Assembly (NCBI GenBank): GCA_963714975.1
Contig: CAVQQD010000002.1
Coordinates: 160,001 to 224,000, forward strand
Direction: 5' to 3'
DNA length: 64,000 nt
Source: an uncultured Gammaproteobacteria bacterium
Lineage (GTDB): Bacteria; Pseudomonadota; Gammaproteobacteria; JAURND01
The notes under the pieces were generated by a model. It worked only from the letters and a program-made list of their open reading frames with translations. It was not told the origin of the DNA and made no database searches. The position numbers were made by a program, and so were the translations under genes. Shown one piece after another: positions 52,990 to 64,000 of this stretch (positions are counted from its first letter, which is position 1; the number at the start of each line of letters is the position of its first letter).

Positions 52990-54317
52990 TGGCAAATCCA
53001 AGTTTGGGTCTGGGATTATCTCAAGGTGGGCTGGGTGAGCTGAAGCGTAGGCTCCTCTTTGTCCTCATTGGTATCATTATTTATCGGATTGGAGCGCATA
53101 TCCCCGTCCCCGGTATAGACCCGGTACGATTAGCCAATTTATTCAATCAAGAAGGACAGGGAGGGATACTTGGTTTATTTAATATGTTTTCTGGCGGTGC
53201 TTTGCAACGCTTTACGGTGTTTGCTTTAAATGTAATGCCGTATATTTCTGCTTCCATTATAATGCAGCTGTTTACGGTGGTTTCTCCACGGCTGGAACAG
53301 CTCAAAAAAGAAGGTGAGGCAGGTAGACGAAAAATTAATCAGTATACGCGCTATGGGACATTGTTATTAGGTGCTTTTCAAGGATTGGGGATTTCTAAAT
53401 GGTTGGCGAGTCAAGGTACAGTATTAGCTCCTGGTTTTGGCTTTTATTTTGTGTCAACGCTTACCTTAGTGACTGGAACTATGTTTTTGGTTTGGTTAGG
53501 AGAACAAATAACTGAACGTGGTGTTGGGAATGGGATATCCCTCATTATATTTGCTGGAATTGTTTCTCGTTTCCCTTCTGCTATTGCCGAAGTCATGACG
53601 CAAGTGCGGCAGGGGCAAATGCAAGTGATTTCCATGCTTTTACTGTTAGCTGTAGTGGTTGGCGTTACTGCATTTGTGGTTTTTATGGAGCGAGCCCAGC
53701 GGAAAATTACGGTAAATTATGCGCGGCGACAGCAAGGAAGAAAGTTATATGCGGCTCAAAGTAGTCATTTGCCTTTAAAAATTAATATGGCAGGAGTTAT
53801 CCCGCCGATTTTTGCATCAAGTATTATTTTATTTCCAGGAACTATAGCTCAGTGGTTTGCTAATGTGCCAGGAATGGGTTGGTTAACCCAAGTGAGCGTT
53901 ATGCTATCGCCTGGTCAGCCTTTGTATTTATTGTTTGACGCGATTGCTATTATATTCTTTTGTTTCTTTTATACTGCGTTAGTATTTAATCCAAAAGAAA
54001 CTGCAGATAATTTAAAAAAATCAGGTGCATTTATCTCAGGTATGCGACCTGGAGATCAAACTGCGAATTATATTGATTTGGTGATGACGCGATTGACATT
54101 GGTGGGTGCTGCTTATTTGACGTTAGTATCATTGATGCCTGAATTTTTTATTATTACTTGGCATGTGCCATTTTATTTTGGCGGTACTTCATTATTGATT
54201 GTGGTTGTGGTGTTGATGGATTTCATGGCACAAATCCAAGCTCACCTGATGTCTCATCAATATGAATCAATTTTGAAAAAAGCGAATTTAAAAGGTCGCA
54301 GTGGTTTTGGTTTTTAA
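52989..54317 (+). CDS. secY: Preprotein translocase subunit SecY
   Basis: [23 protein letters not shown]; multiple TM segments. Confidence 0.99.
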   Translation: MANPSLGLGLSQGGLGELKRRLLFVLIGIIIYRIGAHIPVPGIDPVRLANLFNQEGQGGILGLFNMFSGGALQRFTVFALNVMPYISASIIMQLFTVVSPRLEQLKKEGEAGRRKINQYTRYGTLLLGAFQGLGISKWLASQGTVLAPGFGFYFVSTLTLVTGTMFLVWLGEQITERGVGNGISLIIFAGIVSRFPSAIAEVMTQVRQGQMQVISMLLLLAVVVGVTAFVVFMERAQRKITVNYARRQQGRKLYAAQSSHLPLKINMAGVIPPIFASSIILFPGTIAQWFANVPGMGWLTQVSVMLSPGQPLYLLFDAIAIIFFCFFYTALVFNPKETADNLKKSGAFISGMRPGDQTANYIDLVMTRLTLVGAAYLTLVSLMPEFFIITWHVPFYFGGTSLLIVVVVLMDFMAQIQAHLMSHQYESILKKANLKGRSGFGF

Positions 54318-54344
54318 TTTATCCTTCATATATTCTCGGCATTA

Positions 54345-54472
54345 ATCCTTCTCCCCTTGTGGGAGAAGGTGGCCGCAGGCCGGATGAGGGGGGAAGTTAG
54401 GTAGAGGGTGGTGCTGGATTCAGCTCACCCCTCATCCGCCTTCGGCACCTTCTCCCACAAGGGGAGAAGGAA
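54345..54472. repeat. Family A inverted doublet between secY and rpmJ
   Basis: Two opposed consensus copies. Confidence 0.92.
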
Positions 54473-54505
54473 TAAGGTTGAAGGTATTAATTGGGGGATC
54501 CAATA

Positions 54506-54619
54506 ATGAAAGTGCGTGTTTCAGTGAAAAAATTGTGTCGTAATTGTATAGTCATTCGGCGCAACGGTGTATTACGGATTTTGTGTAAGGATGCACGGCA
54601 CAAACAAAGACAAGGTTAA
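54506..54619 (+). CDS. rpmJ: 50S ribosomal protein L36
   Basis: [37 protein letters not shown]. Confidence 0.98.
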   Translation: MKVRVSVKKLCRNCIVIRRNGVLRILCKDARHKQRQG

Positions 54620-54646
54620 CTTTTTGCTTTCGAGTAGGAGAATTAA

Positions 54647-55006
54647 ATGGTAGTTCGTATCGCTGGTGTGAATATTAAACCTGATAAGCACCTTTGGGCT
54701 GGCTTAACACAAATTTACGGAATTGGGCGTAGTCGTGCCATACAAATTTGTGAGTCATTGGGTCTTACTCCTGATGCAAAGGTCCATTCTTTAACTGAAG
54801 CTGAATTAGAAAGTTTACGGCGCAAAATCGCGGAATTTCCTGTAGAAGGAGACTTGCGGCGTGAAGTTTCTATGAATATAAAACGTTTGATGGATATGGG
54901 GGCCTATCGTGGTTTTCGTCACCGAAGAGGCTTACCTGTCCGTGGTCAACGTACTAAAACCAATGCTCGAACTCGTAAGGGCAAAGCAAAACCAATTCGT
55001 AAGTAA
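54647..55006 (+). CDS. rpsM: 30S ribosomal protein S13
   Basis: RIAGVNI and [16 protein letters not shown]. Confidence 0.99.
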   Translation: MVVRIAGVNIKPDKHLWAGLTQIYGIGRSRAIQICESLGLTPDAKVHSLTEAELESLRRKIAEFPVEGDLRREVSMNIKRLMDMGAYRGFRHRRGLPVRGQRTKTNARTRKGKAKPIRK

Positions 55007-55019
55007 TGGAAATTAAATT

Positions 55020-55415
55020 ATGGCAAAATCGACAACAACACGCATACGAAAGAAAGTTAGACGTGGCAAAATTCATAAGGGTATAGCGCATATAAAGGCT
55101 ACCTTTAATAATACCCTAATTCTGATTACCGATGCGCAGGGTAATGCCTTGGCATGGGCAACATCGGGTGGCAGTGGATTTCGCGGCTCTCGTAAAGGAA
55201 CCCCTTTTGCAGCGCAAGTCGCTGTAGAAAAAGTAAGCCAAGTAGTTAAGGAATTCGATATGAATACCTTAGAGGTTTTGGTGAAAGGACCAGGTCCGGG
55301 ACGCGAAGCAGCTATTCGTGCTTTTTATTCCAATGGGTTTACGATTAGTAGCATTTCCGATGTAACACCCTTGCCTCACAATGGGTGTCGTCCTCCCAAA
55401 AAACGTCGAGTGTGA
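55020..55415 (+). CDS. rpsK: 30S ribosomal protein S11
   Basis: [26 protein letters not shown]. Confidence 0.99.
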   Translation: MAKSTTTRIRKKVRRGKIHKGIAHIKATFNNTLILITDAQGNALAWATSGGSGFRGSRKGTPFAAQVAVEKVSQVVKEFDMNTLEVLVKGPGPGREAAIRAFYSNGFTISSISDVTPLPHNGCRPPKKRRV

Positions 55416-55430
55416 TGAGGCATGTGGGGG

Positions 55431-55517
55431 TCCCTGTAGGAAGCAGGGATCTAGTTTGTAGGATGCAAAAGTTTCATTTCCTTGTGCTTGGATCCTGGCA
55501 TCCAGGCCAGGATGACG
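55431..55517. repeat. Family B full-length copy between rpsK and rpsD
   Basis: Homologous to 9870 and 49166. Confidence 0.85.
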
Positions 55518-55535
55518 CAGATGTAGGAGTTTTAG

Positions 55536-56153
55536 ATGGCTAGAAATGTGGTAAAGTTAAAGTTTTCCCGACGAGAAGGCACCGATTTAATGAGTAAAAG
55601 CGGTGTTCGGGAGATTGGTACTAAGTGTAAATTAGACACCCTACCGGGTCAGCATGGCGCTAAACGTGGTCGACTATCCGATTATGGCAGTCAATTACGT
55701 ATGCAACAGCTCATTAAACGGTATTATGGCGTGTTACAAAGACAATTTAGAAACTATTATGAAAAGGCTGATCGACAAAAGGGTTCTACAGGTGATAACT
55801 TGATTCGCTTGTTAGAGGGGCGATTAGATAATGTGGTTTATCGCTCAGGTTTTGGCAGTACGAGGCAAGAAGCACGTCAATTGGTGAGTCATAAAGCTGT
55901 TTTAGTGAATGGAAAAATAGTTAATATTGCTTCCTACTCACTGCAGCCCAATGATGTCATTGAGGTGCGTGAAAAATCGAAGAAACAATTGAGAATACTT
56001 GCTGCTATGGAATTAGCACAACAACGTCCACAGCCTCAATGGATTGATGTTAATGCTAAGGAATTGCGTTCCGTGTTTAAATTTTATCCCGATCCATCGG
56101 ATTTTCCAGCGATATTTAAGGTTAGTCTGGTGGTCGAACTCTTCTCGAAATAG
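55536..56153 (+). CDS. rpsD: 30S ribosomal protein S4
   Basis: [26 protein letters not shown]. Confidence 0.99.
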   Translation: MARNVVKLKFSRREGTDLMSKSGVREIGTKCKLDTLPGQHGAKRGRLSDYGSQLRMQQLIKRYYGVLQRQFRNYYEKADRQKGSTGDNLIRLLEGRLDNVVYRSGFGSTRQEARQLVSHKAVLVNGKIVNIASYSLQPNDVIEVREKSKKQLRILAAMELAQQRPQPQWIDVNAKELRSVFKFYPDPSDFPAIFKVSLVVELFSK

Positions 56154-56165
56154 AGGTATGATCTA

Positions 56166-57161
56166 ATGCAGTATGATGCAATGCAGGATATTTATAGTTT
56201 ACTTGTGCCACGCAATATTCAGGTGAATCCCATTACCCCAACCCACTCGATTATTGTGTTAGAACCATTTGAGCGCGGTTATGGTATTACCTTGGGGAAT
56301 GGAATACGTCGTATTTTACTTTCCTCTATGCCTGGTGCTGCGGTGGTTGAGGTGGAAATTGCCGATGTTTTGCATGAATACAGTTCTATTGAAGGTGTTC
56401 GAGAAGATGTAATTGATATTCTTCTGAATATCAAAGGTATCGCGATTAAATTACTCGGTCGAGACGAAGTGATACTAAACTTAGAAAAGAAAGGGCCAGG
56501 GCCAGTGTTGGCAAGTGATATTACGCCAGAACATGATGTGGAAATTATTAACCCCGATCATGTGATAGCTAACTTAACTAAGAACAGTAAGATTAAAATG
56601 TCTCTTAAGGTAATGAGAGGTCGTGGCTATGTTCCGGCAAGTATGCGATTAGAAGCAGGAGAGTCTGTCCCTGTCGGTAAGTTACAGTTAGATGCTTCTT
56701 TTAGCCCTATTCGTCGTGTTTCTTATCAAGTTGAAAATACACGCGTAGAAAAACGCACTGATTTAGATAAATTAATTTTAGATATTGAGACCAATGGCAC
56801 CATAGACCCTGAAGATGCTATTCGTTATTCTGCCACCATTTTGCAACATCAACTGGCTGCTTTCGTTGAATTAAAGCACGCCGCAATGCATCTGCCCAAG
56901 GAAAAATCGCGCAAAATCAATCCGATATTATTACGGCCGGTAGAAGACTTAGAATTAACCGTTCGAGCAGCTAATTGCCTGAAGGCAGAAAATATTAACA
57001 CCATCGCTGATCTCGTGCAGCGCAGTGAGTCTGATTTGTTAAAGACACCTAACTTAGGCAAGAAGTCTTTGACAGAAATTAAAAACGTGTTGGCAACCCG
57101 TGGATTGCATTTAGGCATGAAGCTAGATGAGTTGTCAGTTTCTGAATTAAATAAAGAATAA
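56166..57161 (+). CDS. rpoA: RNA polymerase alpha subunit
   Basis: [30 protein letters not shown]. Confidence 0.99.
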   Translation: MQYDAMQDIYSLLVPRNIQVNPITPTHSIIVLEPFERGYGITLGNGIRRILLSSMPGAAVVEVEIADVLHEYSSIEGVREDVIDILLNIKGIAIKLLGRDEVILNLEKKGPGPVLASDITPEHDVEIINPDHVIANLTKNSKIKMSLKVMRGRGYVPASMRLEAGESVPVGKLQLDASFSPIRRVSYQVENTRVEKRTDLDKLILDIETNGTIDPEDAIRYSATILQHQLAAFVELKHAAMHLPKEKSRKINPILLRPVEDLELTVRAANCLKAENINTIADLVQRSESDLLKTPNLGKKSLTEIKNVLATRGLHLGMKLDELSVSELNKE

Positions 57162-57172
57162 GGTATGCACCG

Positions 57173-57535
57173 ATGCGACATCGAAAAAGTGGTAGACATT
57201 TAAATCGAACCAGTAGTCATCGTCGGGCTATGTTCCGTAATATGGTAAGCTCTTTATTTGATCATGAGGTTATTAAGACTACTTTGCCTAAGGCAAAAGA
57301 GCTTCGTCGCTATGCTGAACCTCTTGTTACCTTGGCGAAGGTAGATGACGTTGCTCGTCGACGATTGGCATTTAATAATTTGCGCGATAAAGTAGCCGTT
57401 GGAAAATTATTTACTATCCTAGGGCCACGATTTAAAGAAAGACCCGGGGGTTATTTGCGGATACTCAAGTGTGGATTTAGAGCAGGTGATTCAGCCCCAA
57501 TGGCTTATGTTGAATTTGTGGAGCGGGGGGAATAA
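57173..57535 (+). CDS. rplQ: 50S ribosomal protein L17
   Basis: [11 protein letters not shown] and RPGGYLRI. Confidence 0.99.
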   Translation: MRHRKSGRHLNRTSSHRRAMFRNMVSSLFDHEVIKTTLPKAKELRRYAEPLVTLAKVDDVARRRLAFNNLRDKVAVGKLFTILGPRFKERPGGYLRILKCGFRAGDSAPMAYVEFVERGE

Positions 57536-57537
57536 CA

Positions 57538-57572
57538 ATATCCCCTCTCCCGCTTGCGGGAGAAGGGATATT
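57538..57572. terminator. Family A-derived hairpin between convergent rplQ and ssb; probable terminator
   Basis: AATATCCCCTCTCCCGC-TT-GCGGGAGAAGGGATATT. Confidence 0.7.
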
Positions 57573-57578
57573 GTAGCT

Positions 57579-58034
57579 TCAAAACGGTATATCATCCTCC
57601 CCTATATCACCAGTCATTGCCGGCATAGGTTGAGGCTGAATCTTTAATTCGTCCATTTTGCCATTTTCTTGTTGCATGAACCCTTGATGGCTACCGCCTT
57701 TACTATCCAAAATATGCATTTCATTAGCAATAATTTCCGTAGTATGACGCTCCACACCGTTTTTATCTTGCCACTTGCGTGTTCTTAAACTTCCTTCCAC
57801 ATAAATTTTAGAACCTTTGCGTAAATATTCACCTACTATTTCTGCAAGCCGATTAAAAAAAACGATGCGATGCCATTCAGTTCGATCTTGTAATTCACCG
57901 CTTGTTTTATCCCGCCAGCTTTCACTGGTTGCTAAGTTTACATTTGCGACGGCGCTCCCGCTGGGAGTATAACGAACCTCAGGGTCGCTACCTAAGTTTC
58001 CAATGAGGATAACCTTATTCACACCTCTAGCCAT
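57579..58034 (-). CDS. ssb: Single-stranded DNA-binding protein
   Basis: [12 protein letters not shown] and C-terminal DDIPF. Confidence 0.99.
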   Translation of the reverse strand: MARGVNKVILIGNLGSDPEVRYTPSGSAVANVNLATSESWRDKTSGELQDRTEWHRIVFFNRLAEIVGEYLRKGSKIYVEGSLRTRKWQDKNGVERHTTEIIANEMHILDSKGGSHQGFMQQENGKMDELKIQPQPMPAMTGDIGEDDIPF

Positions 58035-58110
58035 GACGCTCTCCTTAAGTAAATGTTATAAAATAATTAATTCATACCTGTGCTTAAAGCTTCAAATACT
58101 TACATTATTT

Positions 58111-59487
58111 CTATAAATTGTCTAGGCTCTCTTGCAGTTTTGTTAAATTAATATTATTTAGAATGTTTTTATTTATCTTTAAATAAGCAATTTTCTCATT
58201 AATATCAATGGATGCTTCAATTACTCCAGGGGTTGCTTTTAGTAATTGATTTACTTTATCGATTTCCGCGGCGTTAAATCTTTTTAGAGGAAACATGACA
58301 GTCTTTAAAAAAACTGGGGGTTTCATGCGGATAGCAAAGCCCAGCCAAATACAAATTAAAACGAAGTTAAGGCAGATAATTCCTACTAATTGATAGTCGC
58401 TGTAGATCCAGCCGCCTAGACTACCGCCCACGAAAATACCTAAAAATTGCGCACTAGAATAAATTCCCATCGCGGTACCTTTATTGGTAACCGGGGCAAT
58501 TTTTGAAATTAACGAAGGCATGGTCGCTTCAAGAAAAGTAAACGCACTAAAAAACAATGCCAGAATCAGTCCTAATTCCCAGGCTGAAGAATGAAATTTC
58601 CACAACAACAGTTGCGTCAAACCCAGTAACATAATGGTGGTTACGAAAAGCAATTTCATTTTTTGAAATTTTTCAGCTGCAATGATGCAAGGAATTAGGG
58701 TAATCAATGCAAAACTTAAAGCAGGTAAATAGACCGCCCAAGCATGAGTTCTAATCCAAGCGCTTGATGAATGCGCCAGCAAAATGGGCACCACAATAAA
58801 AGTGGCTGTTAGTAAAGCATGTAAGACCAGGATTCCAAGATTCAATCGCACTAGCTCTGGATTGAACAGGGTTGCTTTCAGTAGGCTGGGCACTGTTTCA
58901 CTGTCACGGTGAAACAGACAATGCGGAGGTTGAGGCACTACTACCAGCAATAAACCGATGCCCGCCAAGCCAAGTAGGGCGGTTAATCCAAAAATCCCCG
59001 ATAAGCCGATCCATTTATTTAAGAGGGGTCCGAGCACAATCGCCAGCGCAAATGAAAAGCCAATACTCATGCCGATCATGGCCATTGCTTTGCTGCGATT
59101 TTCCACGGTGGTGAGATCGGCAACCAACGCAATCACTGTACTACCGATGGCGCCAGCGCCTTGTAAAGCCCGGCCAATAATCACTCCGTAAATTGAAGTA
59201 GAAACGGCAGCAATTAAACTACCTAATACAAAAATCAATAGTCCTGCGACAATAATGGGTTTCCGACCCCATTTATCAGACAACATGGCCAGTGGAATTT
59301 GGCAAATTGCTTGACTCAAGCCGTAAATTCCCAAGGCAATTCCGATTAAGCTGGGTGTACTGCCTGTCAGTTGCGGGGCATATAAACTAAAGATCGGCAA
59401 AATAATAAATAAGCCCAGCATACGTAAACTAAAAATAGCTGCCAAGGATAAAACGGATTTTGTTTCGGATGTGCTGGAAATAGCCAT
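58111..59487 (-). CDS. MFS transporter (YajR-like)
   Basis: LRMLGLF and SDKWGRKP motifs, about 12 TM segments, small C-terminal domain; ssb/uvrA synteny. Confidence 0.92.
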   Translation of the reverse strand: MAISSTSETKSVLSLAAIFSLRMLGLFIILPIFSLYAPQLTGSTPSLIGIALGIYGLSQAICQIPLAMLSDKWGRKPIIVAGLLIFVLGSLIAAVSTSIYGVIIGRALQGAGAIGSTVIALVADLTTVENRSKAMAMIGMSIGFSFALAIVLGPLLNKWIGLSGIFGLTALLGLAGIGLLLVVVPQPPHCLFHRDSETVPSLLKATLFNPELVRLNLGILVLHALLTATFIVVPILLAHSSSAWIRTHAWAVYLPALSFALITLIPCIIAAEKFQKMKLLFVTTIMLLGLTQLLLWKFHSSAWELGLILALFFSAFTFLEATMPSLISKIAPVTNKGTAMGIYSSAQFLGIFVGGSLGGWIYSDYQLVGIICLNFVLICIWLGFAIRMKPPVFLKTVMFPLKRFNAAEIDKVNQLLKATPGVIEASIDINEKIAYLKINKNILNNINLTKLQESLDNL

Positions 59488-59525
59488 AGGTTTTCTTTCA
59501 ATACTTCGGTAGAATCCATCATACC

Positions 59526-62348
59526 ATGGACATTATTCGAATTCGCGGTGCGCGCACGCATAACCTCAAGAATATCAATTTAGACCTGCCACGTGATAAG
59601 CTGATTGTCATTACTGGTCTTTCTGGTTCGGGAAAATCTTCCTTAGCCTTTGATACCCTATACGCCGAAGGACAACGGCGTTATGTGGAATCACTCTCAG
59701 CTTATGCTAGACAATTTTTGTCAGTGATGCAAAAACCCGATGTCGATCATATTGAAGGGTTATCTCCCGCCATTTCCATTGAGCAGAAAGCAACTTCCCA
59801 TAATCCCAGATCTACCGTCGGCACCATCACTGAAATCTATGATTACCTGCGCTTGCTTTATGCCAGGGTGGGTCAGCCCCAATGCCCTGATCATCACATT
59901 GTATTGGAGGCCCAGACGATCAGCCAAATGGTGGATATCACCCTGGCCTATCCTGAAGGCACTCGCCTGATGATCTTAGCGCCAGTAGTGCAGGCGCGTA
60001 AAGGGGAGCATGTCCAGTTATTGGATAATTTGCGTCGGCAGGGCTACATTCGTGGACGGATTGATGGCAAAGTCATGGAATTAGATGCCATCCCTCCCTT
60101 GAGTCTGCGCACGAAACATAGCATCGAGGTGGTAGTAGATCGGATTAAAGTGCAAGCGGATATTGCGCAAAGGTTGGCAGAATCCTTTGAAACCGCGCTC
60201 AGTTTGGCAGATGGCGTGGTGATGCTGGCTACCCTGGATAAAAGTGAAATTCCTGACCGGGTATTTTCAGCCAAATTTGCTTGTCCTCGTTGTGGTTACA
60301 GTTTATCCGAATTGGAGCCACGTCTCTTTTCTTTTAACAGTCCTTCAGGTGCCTGCCCTGAGTGTGATGGCTTGGGTGTCACCCAATTTTTTGATCCTGA
60401 GAAAATTCTGCAAAATCCTGAATTAAGTTTGGCAGGAGGTGCAGTGCGCGGGTGGGATAAGCGGAATGTACATTATTTCCAAATGCTCAAATCCTTAGCC
60501 AAGCATTATCATTTTGATGTGGAAAAACCGTTCTACCAATTGCCGACGAAAATTCAAAAAATTGTGTTGCGGGGGAGTGGTGAAGAGGAAGTTGAGTTTA
60601 CTTATGTCAATGATCGGGGTCGTCGCATAGTGCGTGTCCATCCCTTTGAGGGGATTATTACTAACATGGAGCGACGCTATCACGAAACCGAATCTTTAGC
60701 CGTGCGAGAAGATTTAGCACGTTTTTTGGCTACTAGCAAATGCCCAGTCTGTGAAGGCGCGCGGTTACGGCGTGAGGCACGCTATGTATTTGTGGCAGGG
60801 CAGAGCCTACCCCAGATCACCCAATTGCCGGTGGAAAAAGCCTATGCGTTTTTTCAGACCTTATCCTTACCTGGCTGGCGAGGCACGGTGGCCGCTCGCA
60901 TCGTCAAGGAGATCCAGGAGCGCCTTGGGTTTTTGGTCAGTGTGGGATTAAATTACCTGAGCTTAGCCCGCAGTGCTGATACTTTATCTGGTGGCGAAGC
61001 CCAGCGTATTCGCTTGGCGAGTCAAATTGGCTCCGGCTTAGTGGGCGTGATGTACATCTTAGATGAGCCTTCCATTGGCTTACATCAACGGGATAATGAT
61101 CGTTTACTGCATACCCTGCGACGCTTGCGGGATTTGGGTAATACGGTCATTGTGGTGGAGCATGATGAGGAGGCCATGCGACATGCCGATTATATCGTCG
61201 ATATTGGTCCGGGTGCTGGGCTGCATGGCGGAAAAATTATTGCGGAAGGCTCTCCGGCACAGATTTGTGCCACCCAAGAGTCTTTAACCGGGCAATATTT
61301 ATCTGGCAAATTAAAGATCGAAATTCCAAAGGTTAGAATTCAGCCTGACAGCAAGCGTATGCTGCGATTAATAGGAGCCAGTTGTAATAATTTAAAAAAT
61401 ATTGATGTTTCTTTTCCTGTCGGTCTCATGGTTTGTGTCACTGGGGTGTCGGGGTCGGGAAAATCGAGTTTAGTGAATGATACTTTATACCCGATCGTCG
61501 CGAAAAAATTACAAGGAGCAGATTCTTTAAGCCCGGGAGCTTATCGGCAAATAGCGGGTTTAGGCCATTTTGATAAAGTAGTGGCTATTGACCAAAGCCC
61601 TATTGGTCGCACGCCACGATCTAATCCCGCGACTTATACTGGGCTCTTTACGCCCATTCGTGAATTATTTGCTGGCACGCAAGAAGCCCGGAGTCGCGGT
61701 TACTCGCCCGGCCGCTTTAGTTTTAATGTCAAAGGAGGGCGCTGTGAAGCGTGTGAGGGTGATGGCTTAATCAAAGTAGAAATGCACTTTTTACCCGATG
61801 TGTATGTCGAGTGTGATGTCTGCAAGGGGCAGCGCTATAATCGTGAAACTCTGGAAGTACGTTACAAAGGAAAAAATGTGCATGAAGTATTAAGCATGAC
61901 CGTAGAAGAAGCGCGCACATTTTTTGATCCGGTTCCAGCCGTGGCCCATAAATTACAGACCTTGATTGAGGTTGGGTTGTCGTATATTAATTTAGGGCAA
62001 AGTGCGACTACTTTATCTGGGGGTGAAGCCCAGCGAGTGAAATTAGCTAAGGAATTATCGCGGCGTGATACCGGCAATACCTTGTACATTTTGGATGAGC
62101 CGACTACCGGGCTGCATTTTCATGACGTTAAGCAATTATTGGCGGTGCTAAGGCAATTGCGCGATCGCGGCAATACGGTTATTGTGATTGAACATAATTT
62201 GGATGTGATAAAAACCGCGGATTGGATTATTGATTTAGGTCCTGAAGGTGGGGAGCTAGGAGGGGAGGTGGTGGCCGTGGGAACACCTGAGACCATTGCC
62301 GCCACTACTAAATCCTATACCGGACAATTTTTAAAGCCATTACTATAA
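59526..62348 (+). CDS. uvrA: Excinuclease ABC subunit A
   Basis: Two GxSGSGKS motifs, LSGGEAQR, zinc fingers. Confidence 0.99.
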   Translation: MDIIRIRGARTHNLKNINLDLPRDKLIVITGLSGSGKSSLAFDTLYAEGQRRYVESLSAYARQFLSVMQKPDVDHIEGLSPAISIEQKATSHNPRSTVGTITEIYDYLRLLYARVGQPQCPDHHIVLEAQTISQMVDITLAYPEGTRLMILAPVVQARKGEHVQLLDNLRRQGYIRGRIDGKVMELDAIPPLSLRTKHSIEVVVDRIKVQADIAQRLAESFETALSLADGVVMLATLDKSEIPDRVFSAKFACPRCGYSLSELEPRLFSFNSPSGACPECDGLGVTQFFDPEKILQNPELSLAGGAVRGWDKRNVHYFQMLKSLAKHYHFDVEKPFYQLPTKIQKIVLRGSGEEEVEFTYVNDRGRRIVRVHPFEGIITNMERRYHETESLAVREDLARFLATSKCPVCEGARLRREARYVFVAGQSLPQITQLPVEKAYAFFQTLSLPGWRGTVAARIVKEIQERLGFLVSVGLNYLSLARSADTLSGGEAQRIRLASQIGSGLVGVMYILDEPSIGLHQRDNDRLLHTLRRLRDLGNTVIVVEHDEEAMRHADYIVDIGPGAGLHGGKIIAEGSPAQICATQESLTGQYLSGKLKIEIPKVRIQPDSKRMLRLIGASCNNLKNIDVSFPVGLMVCVTGVSGSGKSSLVNDTLYPIVAKKLQGADSLSPGAYRQIAGLGHFDKVVAIDQSPIGRTPRSNPATYTGLFTPIRELFAGTQEARSRGYSPGRFSFNVKGGRCEACEGDGLIKVEMHFLPDVYVECDVCKGQRYNRETLEVRYKGKNVHEVLSMTVEEARTFFDPVPAVAHKLQTLIEVGLSYINLGQSATTLSGGEAQRVKLAKELSRRDTGNTLYILDEPTTGLHFHDVKQLLAVLRQLRDRGNTVIVIEHNLDVIKTADWIIDLGPEGGELGGEVVAVGTPETIAATTKSYTGQFLKPLL

Positions 62349-62376
62349 ATCCCCTCTCCTAATAAACCTCGGCATT

Positions 62377-62504
62377 ATTCCTTCTCCCCTGGTGGGAGAA
62401 GGTGGCCGCAGGCCGGATGAGGGGAGGGTAAGGGAGCCGGGGGTGCAAGATTCGGCCCACCCCTCATCCGCCTTTGGCACCTTCTCCCACCAGGGGAGAA
62501 GGAA
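62377..62504. repeat. Family A inverted doublet between uvrA and hemE
   Basis: Two opposed consensus copies. Confidence 0.92.
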
Positions 62505-62534
62505 TAATGTTGATGATTTATGAGAGGGGTATAT

Positions 62535-63563
62535 ATGACCACTGATCGTTTTTTGAGGGCCTTGCGCCGCGAATATGTCGATAGGACGCCTATTTGGTTG
62601 ATGCGCCAAGCCGGCCGTTATTTGCCTGAATATCGGCGTATCCGCGCTCAAGCAGGCAATTTTCTCAACTTGGTCAAAACGCCTGAGCTGGCCTGCGAAG
62701 TCACCTTACAGCCCCTAAAGCGTTTTCCTTTGGATGCCGCAATTATATTTTCCGATATTCTAACCATTCCCGATGCGATGGGCTTAGGCTTACATTTTGT
62801 GGAAAATGAAGGTCCGCGCTTTGAGCGGCCACTGCGTTTTCGGGAAGATATCCTGGCGTTAAAATTACCCGAGGTGGAAACGCAACTGCGCTATGTGATG
62901 GAAGCTATTCGTTTAACCCGACGAGAGCTCGCGGATAAAGTGCCATTAATTGGCTTTTCCGGCAGTCCCTGGACTTTAGCCACTTATATGATTGAAGGCG
63001 GCAGCAGTAAGCACTTTGGTTTAATTAAGCGCTGGCTGTATACTGATCCAGAAAGCATTCATCACTTATTGCGACTATTGACTCAAGCGGTAGCGGATTA
63101 TCTTGCCGCACAGATTAAGGCGGGAGCACAAGTGGTGATGTTATTTGATACCTGGGGGGGTATCTTAACCCAGCGCGATTATCGCGATTGTTCTTTAGAT
63201 TATATGACGCAGGTGATTCATCGACTGCGAAAGCAATTCTCAGCAGTGCCCATTATTTTGTTTACGAAAAATGGTGGGCAATGGCTCGAATTTATGGCCA
63301 TCAGTGGTTGCGATGCCATTGGTCTTGATTGGACGACCGATCTCAGAGCAGCACGAATTCGCGTGGATGGTAAAGTGGCCTTGCAAGGTAATATGGATCC
63401 AGCCTTGTTATACGCTTCACCACAGCGCATCCAACAAGAAGTGCGGGAAATTTTGGACCGTTTTGGCCCAGGACCAGGGCACATTTTTAATTTAGGGCAT
63501 GGCGTGTTACCGGATACACCACCAGAACATGTAGCCGCTTTGGTGGAGGCCGTGCAGAGCTAA
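62535..63563 (+). CDS. hemE: Uroporphyrinogen decarboxylase
   Basis: [24 protein letters not shown]. Confidence 0.98.
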   Translation: MTTDRFLRALRREYVDRTPIWLMRQAGRYLPEYRRIRAQAGNFLNLVKTPELACEVTLQPLKRFPLDAAIIFSDILTIPDAMGLGLHFVENEGPRFERPLRFREDILALKLPEVETQLRYVMEAIRLTRRELADKVPLIGFSGSPWTLATYMIEGGSSKHFGLIKRWLYTDPESIHHLLRLLTQAVADYLAAQIKAGAQVVMLFDTWGGILTQRDYRDCSLDYMTQVIHRLRKQFSAVPIILFTKNGGQWLEFMAISGCDAIGLDWTTDLRAARIRVDGKVALQGNMDPALLYASPQRIQQEVREILDRFGPGPGHIFNLGHGVLPDTPPEHVAALVEAVQS

Positions 63564-63656
63564 TGTCGTCTCCGCAGCGCCATACCGGGACGACGCTCTT
63601 AATATTGCGGTAAGATTATTCCTGTAAAATACCTTTTAGAAATCACGTCATATAAT

Positions 63657-63834
63657 CCTAGATTCGGCAGTAGAAACCTACTGCGAGGGCTTAATACATT
63701 GAATCTCTCGCTTATTTTTATATTTTTTTCTTTCACCGTACGGGTGAGTACGCCTTCAAGAAAAAAATTTAAAAATAATCAAGATCTTCAACGCCTTAAT
63801 CCCTCTCGCTACAGTTTCTACTGCCGAATCTAGG
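63657..63834. mobile_element. MITE with 21 bp perfect TIR and 5 bp TSD
   Basis: CCTAGATTCGGCAGTAGAAAC / GTTTCTACTGCCGAATCTAGG; ATAAT on both flanks. Confidence 0.88.
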
Positions 63835-63897
63835 ATAATAAAGCAATGCTAGGGGCGACGCCGTGAGTAATCAGTTCACAACTTAAAAGGTAAATTA

Positions 63898-64000
63898 ATG
63901 GAGCAATTAGACCCACTATTAGAGGTGAAACAAGCACAACTCGAAGAAAAAAAACTTCAACCTCCCTCGGCCATAGGCTTTTCCCTGGATTGGGATAGTA
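63898..64000 (+). CDS. 5' fragment of an unidentified CDS running off the window
   Basis: AAGG RBS and ATG; frame open to the window end (MEQLDPLLEVKQ...). Confidence 0.5.
   Translation, partial: MEQLDPLLEVKQAQLEEKKLQPPSAIGFSLDWDS

Noticed and set aside
59488-59525. LexA (SOS) box at uvrA/ssb
   Set aside because: No CTGT-N8-ACAG in the 38 bp divergent spacer or upstream of ssb.

Overview
Core chromosome region of a gammaproteobacterium. A Legionellales/Coxiella-like lineage is inferred from gene order, a long acidic/Gly insertion in S7 and a long Cys-containing S14. The order is: 3' part of groEL; three tandem paralogous membrane-anchored hypothetical genes; tRNA-Tyr/Gly/Thr-tuf-tRNA-Trp-secE-nusG-rplKAJL-rpoBC; a ~20.6 kb accessory block; rpsLG-fusA-tuf and the S10, spc and alpha operons; then ssb, an MFS transporter, uvrA and hemE. 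The accessory block sits between rpoC and rpsL. It carries pgm, glgP, a HAD hydrolase, tal, a fused RND/OMF remnant, transposon debris, a methyltransferase, an intact IS4, DUF1328, a threonine aldolase, a CheY-like regulator, two AAA/PD-(D/E)XK paralogues and dctA. The non-coding DNA is unusually rich in palindromic repeats of several families, which fill many spacers of the ribosomal superoperon. There are also three MITEs with TIRs and target duplications, two of which carry REP-type palindromes as cargo. Frameshifts in essential genes (rplB, rplV, rpsC, rpsH) point to uncorrected long-read indels, so frameshift-based pseudogene calls here are unreliable. The best novelty leads are the variable-head/constant-anchor gene triplet, the MITE-borne REP palindromes and a symE/SymR-like antisense leader that does not control a SymE gene. 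All assignments were made by eye, without database searches.
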